Shown: piece by piece, positions 49,870-64,000 of the stretch
Layout of the letters: each line of letters opens with the position of its first letter
How positions within the stretch are numbered: the stretch's first letter is position 1
DNA from: Gordius albopunctatus
Lineage: Eukaryota
Assembly (NCBI GenBank): GCA_964276515.1
Contig: OZ193909.1
Span: 21,204,001 to 21,268,000, forward strand
Direction of reading: 5' to 3'
Length of the DNA stretch: 64,000 bases
Translations under genes and position numbers: made by a program
The notes under the pieces: generated by a model
Database searches by the model: none
Told to the model about the DNA's origin: nothing
The model's input: the letters and a program-made list of their open reading frames with translations, nothing else

Positions 49870-51424
49870 ATTTATAACTGAGAATTGTATAAGTGCTAAA
49901 AATTGCATTACTTGGAAAATTTTAAAGGTATTTTATTCTTTTTATACTTGATAATATGTGGTTAAGTGAGAATGAAAAAAAATTTAACTTACTATGAAAA
50001 GTTGAAAATTATAGAAGAAGCCAAACTTACCAGTAAATCAACTTTAGCCAAAAATTACAATGTGGGATTAGGAACAATATACCGTATATGCAAAAATGCT
50101 ACCGATTTGAAAACAACTGCTTCTAATAACATATCTCTCAATAAAAAAAGACAAATAAAAAGTAATATTGTTTGTATAAATATAAATTATTTAATTTAGC
50201 ACAATACATAAAGACAGAACAAGCCCTTCTAAAATGGTTCTTAGAAAATAGTTCAAAACAATGTGCAATTAATGGTGCAAATCTTTTTCAAATCATTTTA
50301 ATGATGGTAAATTTTTTAAATTAATATTTTTATCATCAATGATCAAATTTTTATTATAATTTTTAATTAGCTTTTTTGAACAAATTTATATTTTTTAAAT
50401 AATAATCTTAGGCATTCCAGATTCTAGTTGGATACAGAGATTCTGTACCAGGAACAATATCAATTGCTACTCTACAAATAATGAAATGGGTAATGCTGAT
50501 TTTGTTACAGCTTCATATTGGAGAGAAAAATTATTACCACAGTTTCTTGAATCTTTATGATGATATAAATGAAGTTGAATTAGTTGAAGATATACCTACC
50601 AAAGAAGATGCACAAATGGCATTCTTTACTTTAGCCAAATATGCACATCATGTATTGAAAGATCAAAAAAAATTTAGAGAGTTTGAATTCTTTATTGAAA
50701 ATAAACTCTTTAAATGTGAAAGTCATCAGCAACTTATAACACAATATTTTACCAAATAATTTGTATATTTAAATAAACTTATCACAGTAATTTTTGTCCA
50801 TTGTTTAGTTTTATTTCAAATGTGAAGAAACCTAGAAAAATATTTTTCTTGCTAAATTACTTCATTACAAAATCTTAATAGGAATAGGCTTATTAAGTAA
50901 TCAAATTTTAGTAATAATAAAAGATATGCAAATATAAGACAAGTACAAAATAAAGATTTATTTATAATATTTTCATGATATAAATTCATTTAAGATTTCA
51001 TAAGTTCATTATAAAATTTAACAAACATACTATCAAAATAGTAAATTTTAGAATATATATTCTCTGATTGGATATTACTATGGAATGTATAAATAAGACA
51101 AATATAAATCAAATATTTATCTATATTCTTTCATATATTAGAAAATTTTAAATGTATGCAACAAGTGTCAGCTGATTCTGTTTAGCATTAAAAGTGCATA
51201 AAGTTAAGTATGCTTAAAATTTTAACTTTATCTAAATAATTTATGTATATATATATTATATGTTACGGATATTAATTTTTTGAATCTATAGCTTCATAAA
51301 TATAGCATGAGTGCAAAACTCTTCATAAATTAAATAAATAAATCGTATAAGTGCTAAAAATCGCTTAAATGAGAATCTTTTTTAAATTAAGGCCCAGCAA
51401 TTCTCACTTAAGCGATTTTGACTG
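49870..51424 (+). mobile_element. Tigger/pogo-family element, deleted and degenerate
   Basis: CENP-B-like HTH (LTYYEKLKIIE...LAKNYNVGLGTIYRI; EQALLKWF) and C-terminal QQLITQYFTK; right TIR AATTCTCACTTAAGCGATTTTGACTG|TA; left TIR truncated. Confidence 0.8.
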
Positions 51425-51595
51425 TACCACATTTTATTATATTTAAGGACAAATTAAAAAGTTATAAAAATAAAAAAGATTCTATAGTTGATTGTATATC
51501 TCCAGCAGAAAGGTTTACGTTAACATAAAGGCACGTTATAGTAAAATATTAACCAATTTGCAACTCAGATATTAAATGGGCTCACTTTCCATTTT

Positions 51596-53755
51596 CAGAT
51601 GTCACGCCGAACGCGTCCACACCGAACGTGTCACGTTGTTTGTGATGTTATTTAAATGCTCAGTAAAAAAATCAAAAATGCTCAGTAAAATATGCTCAGT
51701 ATTTTATAAATTTGCTCAGTAAAAAATTCAAAAATGCTCAGTTAATAATCTTAAAATTTCTCAGTAAAAAAATCAAAAATGCTCAATATTTTATTAATGT
51801 GCTCAGTAAAAAATTCTAATATACTCAGTAAATAATCTTAATATTGCTCAGTTATATATCCAAAATGCTCAGTATTTTCAAAAAAAATGCTCAGTAATTT
51901 TAATAACTAATAGTAAATAAATCATAATCTAGTAAGGACTAATATTTTGTAAAAATTAAGTTAAATTGAGTGTGCGGAAATTGAAATAGTTTATTTTGGC
52001 TAAATTAAATAGATTGGAGACCTGATTGTTAAATTTTTAAATGTTATAAGATATCTTAGTGTCTTAAATTTTTTCCCTTTAAGTCCTCCCTTCTCTCCTT
52101 TCAAATAAATAAATGGCAAGTTAAAAAAGGTATGAAAATTATAGACCTATAATTCCCATTCTAAATGCTCTGCCTTGCCCTTCTTAAATTTTACATGTTT
52201 ATAATGTATTTTTTGCAAATTTTGTTGAGATTTATCAATCTTAAACTTTATAAAGGGAAAATTTAATTTTTTTATTTGAATAAAATCACGAATATTTACA
52301 AATACAGATTAATAATAATAATTAACAATTTAAAAAGAAAAATAGACAAATATTTTCTGGAGACAACTTTCATTTCAAAAACCTAAAATTTGTTATATAA
52401 TCAATGTTAAATAATCTAAACTTACCATTACTGAACAATAAAGGCTGATTTCGCCTTTGAGGGTCTGCCTCGCTTTCTTTTTTGCCCTATAGGCACACTT
52501 TTGGCTTCTTTAGGTGGTTGCCAATATTTCCGTGTATTTTCTAAAGACTTTAGCCCAAGAATTAAACTGTTAAAAAGAAATATGAAGTCTTCTTCCCTTT
52601 CGTTTATACAGAGAGACATTCGCCAAAAATGAAAATGTATATCATAATCAGTGGTACCAACAATTACTAAAAGTGGAAAGCCTTGCCAAGTGATTCTATA
52701 GGTGGCATCAGCATGCAATATATCTGAAAGTTCACTATTCCTCAAAAGCCTAAAACTAGCAGATGAAAAATGATAAAATACCTCTTTGTTGACATAAAAA
52801 ATTTAAAAGTACATTCTACATAGGACACCATATAAGAAACTACATAGGGTTCATCTTCATCTGAGGGTATTAAGGAATGATCAATTCCTAAACTAATTAT
52901 TGATAAACTGTATCTTTCCTTCCTTAAGGCTGCTAATGTATTTCTAAGTTGGGCCATTTGTAATCCATTTTTTTAATATTATAAATTATTAAATAACTTT
53001 TTGATCTCTTCTTTTGATTCAGTATTTAGTTTAATATTTTTACTATCTTCTTGATGAGTATGTAATGATGATGAAGCATAAAATATCGCCTTATCAGATA
53101 TAGATTCATACAAAATGTAAAATCTTGCAGCACATTGCGGACCTCTGTATTTTGCTTTGTTACACCTTAAAAATTAAAAATCATGATATAAGGTAAAAAT
53201 ATTTTACCTGTAATAAACTTTCATACCTTCCTCCGTGTTATTTTTGTAACAATAGCCCCAGGATTTATCCACAAAAGTTTTAGCTTCTTCTGTATTTTCA
53301 TACGTGGCAATCTTCTTCCAAATAATATTGGTGCGTTTACGTAGCAGTCGATCCTGTTTTTTATCTACAACAACTTCTTCGCTGTCAGATTCATAATGTT
53401 CCAGAGTTTGATAACCAGAGAATGTAGCTTCCGAGTTCATCGAGTTGAATTTAAAATGAGCGCCAAGAAAGAAGTAGTTTATGAAATAAAATTTATTTTA
53501 ATTAACATATAAACAAAAATAAACCATTTTTCTGCCGAGCACTTTGACTCCATGGGAAATACGCAGGACTCTTACTTTGAAGTATCGTGTTCGAATCTCG
53601 TTCTAGAAATTTATTTTAAAACTAGTTTCTAGTAACTTTGCATAAATTACTGAACAAATAATTAAATAACTGAACATTAAATTATTTACTGAGCATTTAA
53701 TTATTCCACTAAGCATTTGTTTATTCTACTGAGCAAAAATTGAATTAAGTACTGA
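51596..53755 (-). mobile_element. Mutator-like element with degenerate transposase and inverted subterminal repeat arrays
   Basis: Spliced N-terminus YYR|CNKAKYRGPQCAA...HTH (42-nt intron 53166-53207); ILHADATYRITWQGFPLLVIVGTTD (MULE domain); AT-hook KRKRGRP. AAATGCTCAGTA array on the left and TACTGAGCA array on the right. Confidence 0.85.
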
Positions 53756-56700
53756 GTGACCATTGGAAAAAATGACAATTGGCCAAATTGTGAATCGAAA
53801 TTTTTTTTCGTTTTTTTGACTCTTATGTATTTATATCTTTTAACATTGACGAATTGCCAAGACTCTAGGTCGCCCTCCTTTCCCTTTGACACTGGTAATA
53901 AAGTGCGTGTTGTTGTTTATCTCCTACTACTACACTTCACGGACTTAACAACGGGCTGGGTCTGAACTGTCCTTAATATAACCTAGCGAGCTCGGGCAGG
54001 GCCTAGATATAAGCCCCTTACAAAATCAATTAGATTAAAGTTTAAAGGCTTCTTTTTATAATGTTCCAATGATGTTTATTGAATTAAAAAGGATTTAATG
54101 GGTTCCTCTTCCGTTTATTTATCAAGCAAATTTATAAATTGAAATTTTACCGATAAATTTGCAAGTTATTGAAGTTTGAAAAACCCCAAAATCCCTGTTT
54201 TTAGCAACTTTGACAGCAAATATTTCAAAAACTTGACATTATGGGACAAAAACTAAAAACATATTAGAGTTGACCGCCAAAAACTATACCAAAATTTGCA
54301 AACAGTTGCCTGTTGATTTTTCTTGATGAACCCTGTTATTCAAAATACTTTAAAGGATAGGCTTTTCAAAAAGAAGAAAAATACTAATTTTATGAATAAA
54401 ATTGAGTGTTTTTTTACTTTAATATACGATTCAACTTCAAGAGCCATATTTTTTTAGCTTTATTACCATATGATTATGCATTAATAAGCGTAATTAAAGG
54501 ATAAATATCATTTGTTTTATGAGCAAAAACACAAAAATAGAACAAAAATGAAGTGACGCTCGTTCTAACATGATTCCTTTTTTTGCATCTATGCAAAATC
54601 GCATTGTAAGGCGCACCCTAAAGTATAGCATATATATTTATATGAAAAGTTTCTAAGTGCGAGCTATTTTTTTAATTCAAAAAAAGAATTTGAATTTTTA
54701 TTTTTGGGAGAAATTTAAAAAACAAATTAAATATAGAAAATCTTTTATTTATTTATTTAAAATTAATTTAAATTTTTTTATTTATATTTCATGGAATAAT
54801 TATTTGATTACAAATTTAATACTATTTGTTATTACTAAATAGTAAATAAAATTATTAAAAAGTTAAAACTTAGTTTTAAACTAATACGAGATATCATTAT
54901 CCATAAATGATAATTTTGAATTTTATTATATATATAAATATTATAGTACAAAATTTAATATAATTAAACTTTAGAAATTAAATATAAATATTTTATGGCT
55001 TAAAAGTTAATAATCTTTATAAAATTAATAATCTAGGTGCTCTATTTATTAATTTTTACAAAAAAAATACGTCTCAAACCATAAAAAGAGGTAACATTAA
55101 AAAAATAAAACATTTTAAAAGTATTTTTATTTGAAAAAAATTATTTTTTAGTGTTTGGGAAAAAGTTAAAATTTAGTTTGGAAACTTTGTTTTAAAATAC
55201 AATCGTGACATCCTATAATTAATTTAACTTGGCCCTGCCTTTTGTTTGACATTTAATTTCCTTAAAGCACGCAATTTACACTATTAGAGAGACAATGCAA
55301 AAATTTATTTTTCAACAGTGTATAGCGCATATTTAAACTAGTCTTTTTAAGATTTTATTTATAAAATAAATAAAATATTTGCTATATCGAGAGTAATAAA
55401 AATATAAAAATTATTTTAATATAGGAATATTTTATGAAATTGTACTATAATCGTTATTTTTAAAATATTTTTAAACAAAAATAAACAAAAGTTTGACTAT
55501 ATAAAAAATTAAATATTTAAAACTATTTTCTATTTTAAAGCGTAATTAACGAATAATAGATAGATTAATAAAACTAAAATTTTTCGTGTGTGTTTTAACT
55601 AAAGTTATCTCTATTTCTCCAATAGTATTTTCAATTTATGAAGCATGAAGTCATACTATATTTATATCTAAAAAAGAAGAAAAATTATGTATGTAAACTG
55701 ATGCAAGAATCAGAGGGGGCAATAATGATTTACGGAGGGGCAAAAAGATTATTTTGTGAAAATTTAGCCATAATTTTAATAAATTTTAACAAAATTTTGG
55801 ATTTAGAGGGGGGGGCCCTGGTTACGCCCTTGGAAGGTAAAATAAGCAACTATGTCATATTTATCAACCTCAGTAATGCACCTCGGGCGATGAGCAAAAA
55901 ACACAAGGGGGGAGGTAAGGGAAAAATAGATAATGTGTCTCTCATGTGAATTACATATATACTCTTAGCGTCGTCGTTCCTGTGATAAAAAAGTGTTTTA
56001 AAACAAAAAGTGGATATTTACAAAGCCATCTGTGTATTGTTTTAATATTATTTACTGCAAAATGATGAATCTTGTAGGCAAAAATGCTGAAATTCCCATC
56101 AGGACTTATTAGGATTTAAATTCTTTAAGTGCAATTAATATTTGTAATATTCAAAGATGACATTGGAATATATAAATTTGTTTTTAGATGATTCCCGTTA
56201 ATTATTATTCATTTTAAAACCGGTAAGTTTAATATTTTATTGCCAAGTAGTTTTAGTTTATTTTTCAAGTTAATTAATTTTAAGGGCTTATCTTTTGATA
56301 TTATTATATAATGATTTTACATATAAGTTTTTTGAGCCGTCATATAAAAAAACATATAAAATTTAAAAACAATTATTGATAAATAAGTTGATTATTATTT
56401 ATTGTAAAGTAAATACCTATTTTTGTGATTTTTATTTACATTTCGCTAACATAAAATAATTTTATTTTATAAACAATATTTTCAAGTATTTTTTTAAGAT
56501 ATACATATTTTTAAAGCAAACCAATCGTGTTTTGTAGGTTCTTAAACAAGCTAATATCTAATTAATTTGAATTTGTATTTCTATGCATAACAAAACTTTT
56601 AATACCTCCAGGTCCTTCTATAAATTTGTAATAAATTTCATAGTTTATATTAAATTATTATTTTAAACATAATATATACAGGAAATTGCATGGCAATTTA

Positions 56701-57074
56701 TAAAAAATATATTTATATTAATATTTATTATAAAAACTAAAATTTTTAATTATATTTTATTTAATAAAAAATTTACCCCAGTTTTTTATGATTGCAATGA
56801 ACCATAGTTTTATTTCCGTTTCTAAACAAACATTACCAAGGATTTATAATTTTTTAAGTGTACTTTTTAAATAAGATTGTCTCATGCATAAATTAAATAT
56901 CTTCAAAAATAAGCCCCTCAATTTCTTTTTCGCTCTATAATCTTTTTTTTCCATTATTTTCTTAAAAATGAAATTTTTAATTTTAAAATCTAAACATATG
57001 AAAACTCAATATTCTTCTATAGGGTTCTTTTTTTACGATAAATGATTATATTTGAGGAAATTAATCATTATTAC

Positions 57075-57225
57075 CACGGGCGTAGTCGAGATTAGATTCA
57101 AAGGAGGGGCAATAATGATTTGAGAAGCGGAAAATGATAATTTTTAGTAATTTTATCCATAATTATATTAAATTTTAAAAACGTTTTTTAGATTTAGACT
57201 CCTTGACCCCCTGGCTACTCGCGTG
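57075..57225. mobile_element. ~150-bp hAT MITE (GGGCGTAGCC family)
   Basis: CACGGGCGTAGTC / GGCTACTCGCGTG termini; flanks ATTATTAC / ATTATTAA (7/8). Confidence 0.7.
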
Positions 57226-57920
57226 ATTATTAATATTAAAGAAAATAGGCGGCAAGAGGTTTTTGTAAAACGCGTAAAATTGCCTATAATAGTTTTTATT
57301 CGACATTTCGAACCTATAAATGAGGTATAATAAAATTTTAATATGGAATTTGTCTTGTTAAATAGGTGTGAATTATCCTAACTTCCGTTTTGAAAAGCTT
57401 CTTAGACAAATTTTCTTTGGCCTCTCCTTAGATTAGTGTTTCAAGAAGGGCTGCACCCTGTTTGTCGACCTTTTGTTTAAATTAAAACTAAGAACCAAGC
57501 ATCGAGTCTGTTTTTAAAATTCTGACCAAGGCTCGAGGTCCCCTATGAAAAAGAGACCAAAAAATCTTTCCCTTTTTTACAACGCTATCTTAGACCAGCT
57601 ATATTTTTTAATTTTACAACTCTATTCCACAAATAAAGTTAGAGTGACCTTTAGTTGATAAAATTTAATTATATTGGAAAAAATTATACCTAAATTATCA
57701 TGAAATAAATATAGGCTAAAATTAATTTTTCATCCATTTTTTTAAAATTATTCATTAAATAGAAAAAAATACTTTTTGCAAGGCCAAAAATGCTTTTTTA
57801 AAAGAATGGGGCAGGGTCGGTTACGTTTTTTGCCTTTTGTCCTAATGTCAAAGGGCGCACAATGATAATAGTACACCTTACTTTCTTTAATCAAGTGCTT
57901 TGTTAGTGGATGTGTTTGAA

Positions 57921-58862
57921 CATCTTCTTCTTTATCGTGTTGAAAATCCCACAGACGTGGGGTACGTTTTCAGCAGCCTCTTCCATCTGAGTCGTGTGAA
58001 TGCCATCCCAATTTCCATCTGTTTGGCGTCCATATCCTTTTCGACCAGTCGTTTCCAGGTGGCACGTGGTCTGCCCCTTCCTCTTCTTCCAGGCACGTCC
58101 ATCTCCAGCGTTCGGCGTGTGACATCGTCTTCGTCTCTTCGTAATACATGGCCGTACCACCGCAGTCGATTTTCTCTTAAGAAGTCCTTCGTCGCTTGTA
58201 TACCCATCTTTGTCATCAAGGATTCGTTCGTCATGCGATCCAGCTTGGTGTAGCCTAAGCTCCATCGCACCATTCTCATTTCCGTGACTTGCAAGAGTTT
58301 CTCCTCCGCGCTGGTTACAGCCCATGTTTCGCTCCCGTAAAGCAAGACCGGACGCACGATGGTTTTGTACGCCTTGCTTTTCAACCAAATTGGTATCTTT
58401 TTGTCACACATGACACCGGAGATGCTGCGCCACTTGAGCCATGCTTTCTTGATCCGAGAATGGACTTCGGCGGTACATCCTCCCTCTTGATGTAATAGCG
58501 AGCCAAGATATGTGAACTTATCAACCTCCGTGTACCTTGGACCTTCAATTTTGTGCATTTGCGGAGTACCGCCCATCGTTTGCATGTAAACCGTTTTCTT
58601 CTCGCTGACCTTTAACCCGAATTCCGAGAAACGTTCTGACCATTTTTTCGCCTGATGAAAAACCCCTTCTCTTGTTTCATCGCATAGGACAATATCGTCG
58701 GCATATAGCATAGTCCAAGGGGCTGGCTTGTGCAAGTCCTTTGTTATTGTATCCATAATTAGATTAAACAAGAATGGGCTTAACGCTGATCCTTGATGTA
58801 GTCCGATCATTATTCGGAAGGGTTTCGTTACTCCTACGGTAGTCCTAACAGATGCAACCGCG
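57921..58862 (-). mobile_element. 5'-truncated RTE LINE with an uninterrupted RT C-terminal reading frame
   Basis: ORF 57932-58897: GLHQGSALSP, YADD, FTYLGS, RLRWYGHV, RGRGRP through to the stop, followed by ATAAAGAAGAAGATG. Confidence 0.95.
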
Positions 58863-60379
58863 CCATTAACCTTAATTAAACCAATGATGAAAACCATTCA
58901 TCTTTACATTGAATAATATAAAAAAGAAAACATGCGAATTTGCTTATAATTTGGGGTTCTATTATTTTTTACTCTGTTTTTCATCCCATAATATTCTAAG
59001 GAATCGGCTACAATTTCCCTTATTCGTCTTTATTTTAATATATTTATCAAAGCTAAATTTGTCATAAAAACCTCGTAAATTAGAAAATTTATATCATTTA
59101 ATATGAATTTTTATCATATTTTAGAGCTAAATTATTTAATATTATTTTTTTATTCAATAAAAAGCAGTTAAAAAGAGGATTTAGCAATCAATGGCATCAT
59201 AGGGCTCGTACCAGAAATGTTGAGGAAAAATAGTTTCGTGTACAAGAAAGAAGTAATTCTATTTTATATTATATATAAAAATAAATAAAATTATTTTTTA
59301 ATTTTTTTAAAGTTTGTTAAATTTGTGATTTTTTCTAGTATTTTCATCTTTATAAATGTCAGAGATTAAATATTTCATTTGATGTCAATATCAGGGCTTA
59401 ACCCCCCCCCCCCCATTACATACCCATTATTTACGTTGGAATCTTGTGTTTTAATGAAACATATACTCATTGTAATAAATTTAAAATGAAAGGACAGTAA
59501 ACATTTTCGGTGAGAAGACACATAAATCTTAAAATGTTTTTCCAGAAATTTTAAATTATTTACAATTTATTTACATATTTTAATGTGCTTTTTTAACTAG
59601 GCAGCTTGGAATTTTTTAATCTCCCTTCTAAAATTCCCCGTGCACGTGGGCGTAATAGTAGGGGGCCAATAATGTAGGGGGGGGGGGGGGCAAGATATCA
59701 TTTTAAAACTTCTAGGTTTTTTGCATTTCAAGGGGGTGGGGGGCAGGTGCCCCTCACTGCCACCCCCCGTCTAGGGGCCGCCCAAGTACAGGTATGAAAT
59801 CTTGGTATGACAAGTTAGATGACTTTAAGGAGACTTGGAGAAGGTGGAATAGTTGTGAGTGATAATAATGATTCATTGATACATGAGAAGAGGTGTTGCA
59901 TTTGCCTTATACTTTTGCAGCACGAGTCAGGTCGTGGTAGGTAGTGTGCTAGGCTAGTAGCATTAGGTTATCAGGTCAACAACTCCTCGTAATTCAAGTA
60001 TATTGTAAATATATGAAAGTTAGGATTTCTATCATTTAAACTATTACTCTAGTAACTGTACATGTAGCATTAATTGAAAAATACGTGAGTTATACCTAAG
60101 GTTAATTATAGTTACAATATGTTACAGTTTTATCATTATAATTTAAAATTCTGTCTTTTATATTGGTAAAATAATTTTTGGGGAATATCATAAAATTGAG
60201 GGTCGGGGGAATCGCCCAAATCTAATAGTTTGTTGAAATATTAAAATTATGGGGCTAAAATCTCAAAAATAATGATTTTGCCCCTCCCTAAATTATTACT
60301 GCCCCCCCCCCCCTTTAATTCAATGTTGGCTACGCCTATGCTAGCTAATGACCGCCGGATGACTTTATTTTTTTATCCC

Positions 60380-60750
60380 CCCCAAGAGTCTATAAAATCC
60401 ACTTCTGCTTTATAGTGTTTTGACCCTTTCTTACTTCTCCTAACTTTGTCCACTTGCCTATTCCACTTCACGCGAAGTCGCCTCTTCCTTCCGGTCGGTA
60501 CCTCCATGTCTAGTATTCGCACGCATCTCTTCTTGATACCTCTGTAATTAGTCGACTTAAAGAGATTAAAGATTTTGCTCAGTTTTTCTTGGTGGACGTG
60601 TAGGCTTAGCCGAAATTTGAGAAACAAACCAGAGGATCAGCTGTTATTCCTGGTTAAAAAGCAAGCTCTACCTTTTCAGTTTATGTCCAATCCAAAACGC
60701 CTCAACCCATTTTCCTCTATCATGTCCGCCATCCTAGGTTCGAAACCAAT
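60380..60750 (-). mobile_element. Degenerate RTE 3' fragment split by a small insertion (~60540-60690)
   Basis: RILDMEVPTGRKRRLRVKW and ATCATGTCCGCCAT match the RTE C-terminus seen elsewhere in the window. Confidence 0.65.
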
Positions 60751-60780
60751 TTTAGCCCTAAGGCAGTTATTCGTCATATA

Positions 60781-61025
60781 CAATCAAAACCGTTTAATTG
60801 CAAAGCCTTGGGTCTTAAATTTTTTCGCGATTAACCGACATTTAGCGATTAAACGATGGGGGGGGGGGAAAGTATATGTACATTATATTAAATATTCATT
60901 TCTTACGCTTCGCAATAAAACGATGTTTTTGTTAATATTATCGTTAAAAAGAACGAAATGGCGGTTAAATTCGCGATTAAAAGATTTTCGTGATAATCCG
61001 ATTTGCGATTAAGAAGTTTCGACTG
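60781..61025. mobile_element. pogo/Tigger-type MITE
   Basis: TA|CAATCAAAACCGTTTAATTGC ... GCGATTAAGAAGTTTCGACTG|TA; internal GCGATTAA repeats. Confidence 0.7.
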
Positions 61026-62225
61026 TATAGTGTTATATCAAGGACTGTGTTGGACGGGCGATCTTGGGTTTTGGTAAACTAAACATGGACAGACCAATGA
61101 TTTTATGGTCAAGCCTTTGGTCTCAAGCCTTTGCTCTTGGTGGAGCTAGGCCAGTATGACCCAAACTCAAGCGTATCAAAAAATAGTTTTTGCATCATAA
61201 TATTAATTAATATAGTTGCTAACTGCTTTTAACCTTTGTATATGTCGTACGGAGTGTTGTTTAATGGTAATAATGTTTTAGCGAGCAACAAAATGATACT
61301 TTTTTAAAAATTTAAGCCAGAATAATATTAAATTTTTGGAAATTTCTGGATTTAGAGGGGGCCACCCTCTGGCTATGAACATGCGGTGTTGCATCCTCGA
61401 AAATTATCCGGTTAAAAACATAAAACAAATATATAAGTTAAATGGGGTTTTTTAATATGTATATCATTTATTATTTTTGTAAAGAGAATCCCATATTTTG
61501 TGAAGGTGAGATAAATAAATTATTTGTAAGAAACTATTACATAATTCTTACTCGATGACACAACAAATGCCCGGGGGGGTCGTCGTTTTGTAAAAAGATA
61601 ATACTTTAAAGTATGATGATGCATAATTGGCCTGTTAGTTATAGCGTGTTCGTGAGAAACTTATACTTAATCATTCTTATTATGTAATTATGGGCTTTAA
61701 CTAAGGGGTCGTCAAATTATGATAAAATGTCATATAACAAGCATGATAGAGTGCAAATTGCTTGCTAAATAAATGATAATTTTTTGCAAATTTACAAAAT
61801 CGTATACACAAAAAACCCTCATTTTAGAACATATAAAAAAGGAAGTTTCAAGACTCATTTATCTCAATTTTGTTTTGACGTAAAATCCTATTTTTCTCAA
61901 ATAAGTTAATATTAGTGCTGTAAAAAGGGGTCCTTTTTGTTTGGTCGAGACCGCTAGGCTCGGCCAAAATTTGTAAAAGGGACCATCATAGTGGACCCTT
62001 AGTCTTAGTTTAAAGCAAAGGTGATCAAAACCCAGGCGTTTTTACAATACTAATTAATCCTATTTAAGCTTTCTAATTTTATGAGTATTTACAAACAACG
62101 TTATCATCATGTAATATGTCAGTTTAAATAAAAGGCATTCCACCTGTTATGGTGAAATATGTGAAGATATAATTTGAAGTTTTATTTGCCTAATTTAAAA
62201 AAAAAATATGTTTTATATTTTTCAG

Positions 62226-62364
62226 GTTTTTTCGCCTTTGGAAGAAGTGAATGACGTGATAGAAATTAGGAATATTGCGAAGCAAATCATTCAAGATGTT
62301 TATTCCGATATTTATGGCTACCGCCTCAGCGAATCTGATGCACTAAAATTGAAAACATTTATAA
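62226..62364 (+). CDS. Isolated candidate coding exon, gene unidentified
   Basis: TTTTCAG acceptor, GTAAAT donor, open frame VFSPLEEVNDVIEIRNIAKQIIQDVYSDIYGYRLSESDALKLKTFI, higher GC than flanks. Confidence 0.45.
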
Positions 62365-63575
62365 GTAAATAATAAATACTCAAATACAAAAATATTTTAA
62401 AATTATTATCTACAAAATATTTATAATCCTATATTTATTATGGGATTTTTTAGATAAAAACATGTTTGTTCCTTTATATATTATCTAATCTAGTTTGTAA
62501 ATACTCCTTTTTTCCCTCTAATTCAACCATTTTTTCCATTTATAAATTTGTGGAAAGCTGGGCAAGAGAAACTTTGCCTACTATTAGTGTTGTATAAACG
62601 GCTAGGTCTTTATTTGCTCGACTTTTAACTAAGACTAACAATCGATTCTGGTCTCTTTTTCCAAATTTTGACCAAGCCCAGAGGTCTCGACTAAGAAAAT
62701 CAGACCAAAAAGCCTTTGGTCCTTTTATGTAAAATCGACTAACGCATATTTTTTCACAACACGACCGCCTATTAAAACAGTTTAATTTTGCCATTTAAAA
62801 ACTTTAAGACAAATGTTAATTTTAAAATAGATAAGCTCGATGAGAAGCTATTACATTTCATACTTATATATATTCTCCTACTCAATAAAAATCAATAATA
62901 TATTCAAATATTTCAATTTTTATCGCACAAATGGAGTATTTCTTATAAAATAAACTATTTTTTTACATTTATTAAATTTAAAACTCTATAAATGAATTGG
63001 GGAAAAGACTCGGTTTTCTAGAAACTTTGCGTGCGCAACTAGTTTAACTAATTGCTCGTCATACTCATATCATGATGTCGTTTTGCCTCGCAATTTCACA
63101 GACAAGTTGACAATTATCTGATTAAACGAATTGAACTTTGACCCTTTTTATAAACTTTAATTATGATTATCACCCTTTCCAATTTCATAATCATATAAAT
63201 TTCCTGCTCAGTTATTCCTTGGCACCTTTGGTTTTAGTCAACTTAACATTAATAGAGCAAAGGTTTTTGGCCTGATTCTCCTGATCGACCTCAAGATTTA
63301 GTCGAAATTTAAAACACAACCCAGGTTCGATTGTTATCTTAGTTGAACTAAAGGTGGTCCATCGCTAATATCTAGAGATGGATTAGGGAATTTTACGTGC
63401 CATGACAAACAACCGGTTTAATTTAAATTAAATAACATTTCTCTCTTAAAAAGAAATCTCCGAAAAATAAAATGGAAAATTAATGAATATTAATAAATCA
63501 AGTTTTTCACTGTTGTTTTCAAAGAATTTTAGTTTTAACTGTTGAGACTTAGGGATGATTAGTCTACTATGTGCA

Positions 63576-63727
63576 TATGGGCTTAGCCTGCATTGGAATT
63601 GAATGGCGGGCAATAATGATTTAGGGAAGGGGGCAAAAGGATCAATTCTTGAAATTTTAGCCATAATTTTAATAAATTTTTGGATTTAGAGGGCTGACCC
63701 CCCCCCCCCCACCTGGCTACGCCCTTG
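63576..63727. mobile_element. ~150-bp hAT MITE (GGGCGTAGCC family)
   Basis: TATGGGCTTAGCC / GGCTACGCCCTTG termini; perfect 8-bp TSD TATGTGCA (63568-63575, 63728-63735); related to 57075 and ~55715-55832. Confidence 0.8.
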
Positions 63728-64000
63728 TATGTGCATACTACCCAGAGGTAAGTGAAAAGTCTTCAACTCCAGCCTCCCATATAAACTTTCATTGGTGCCC
63801 GTCGTGATGTTTGCATAAACCAGTTTACCAATGAAATTCCTAAGACTATTATGCTTTCAGCACTAAGCTTGTTTGTTGCAGTGGAGCGAAACTTGTTTGA
63901 ATATAGATCTTCGCATCTCCCTCCATCTCTATTCTTTCTTACACAAGATCTGATGCCTTAAATAAGATAATTCCACCCCCCCCCCCCCCTTCGTTGAACG

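Overview
AT-rich eukaryotic (invertebrate-animal-like) DNA with very short GT-AG introns and dense, often nested transposon debris; no prokaryotic features or CRISPR. Three host genes can be reconstructed on the + strand: an intronless SNRNP25-like U11/U12 snRNP 25K ORF (11545-11850), a 6-exon TMEM50/Vps68 gene with 35-40 nt introns (29519-30183), and a 15-exon divergent SNX5/6/32-like PX-BAR sorting nexin (38415-47996). There is also one orphan exon near 62.2 kb. The rest is RTE-clade LINEs, hAT, P/THAP, Mutator, Tigger/pogo, piggyBac, Chapaev3-like and Helitron/Helentron elements and their MITEs, several with exact TIRs and TSDs. Main observations: (1) a twister ribozyme core, with compensatory base changes, exactly at the 5' end of an RTE LINE (12770), whose P1 partner strand must come from the insertion site; (2) a tandem array whose unit is a complete intron plus a 72-nt frame-preserving exon inside a Mutator-like element; (3) a rolling-circle element whose internal repeats carry tRNA-type B-boxes and seed a dimeric satellite inside the SNX gene; (4) a hAT element carrying a captured coding-like fragment. 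All calls were made by eye; no database searches were run.
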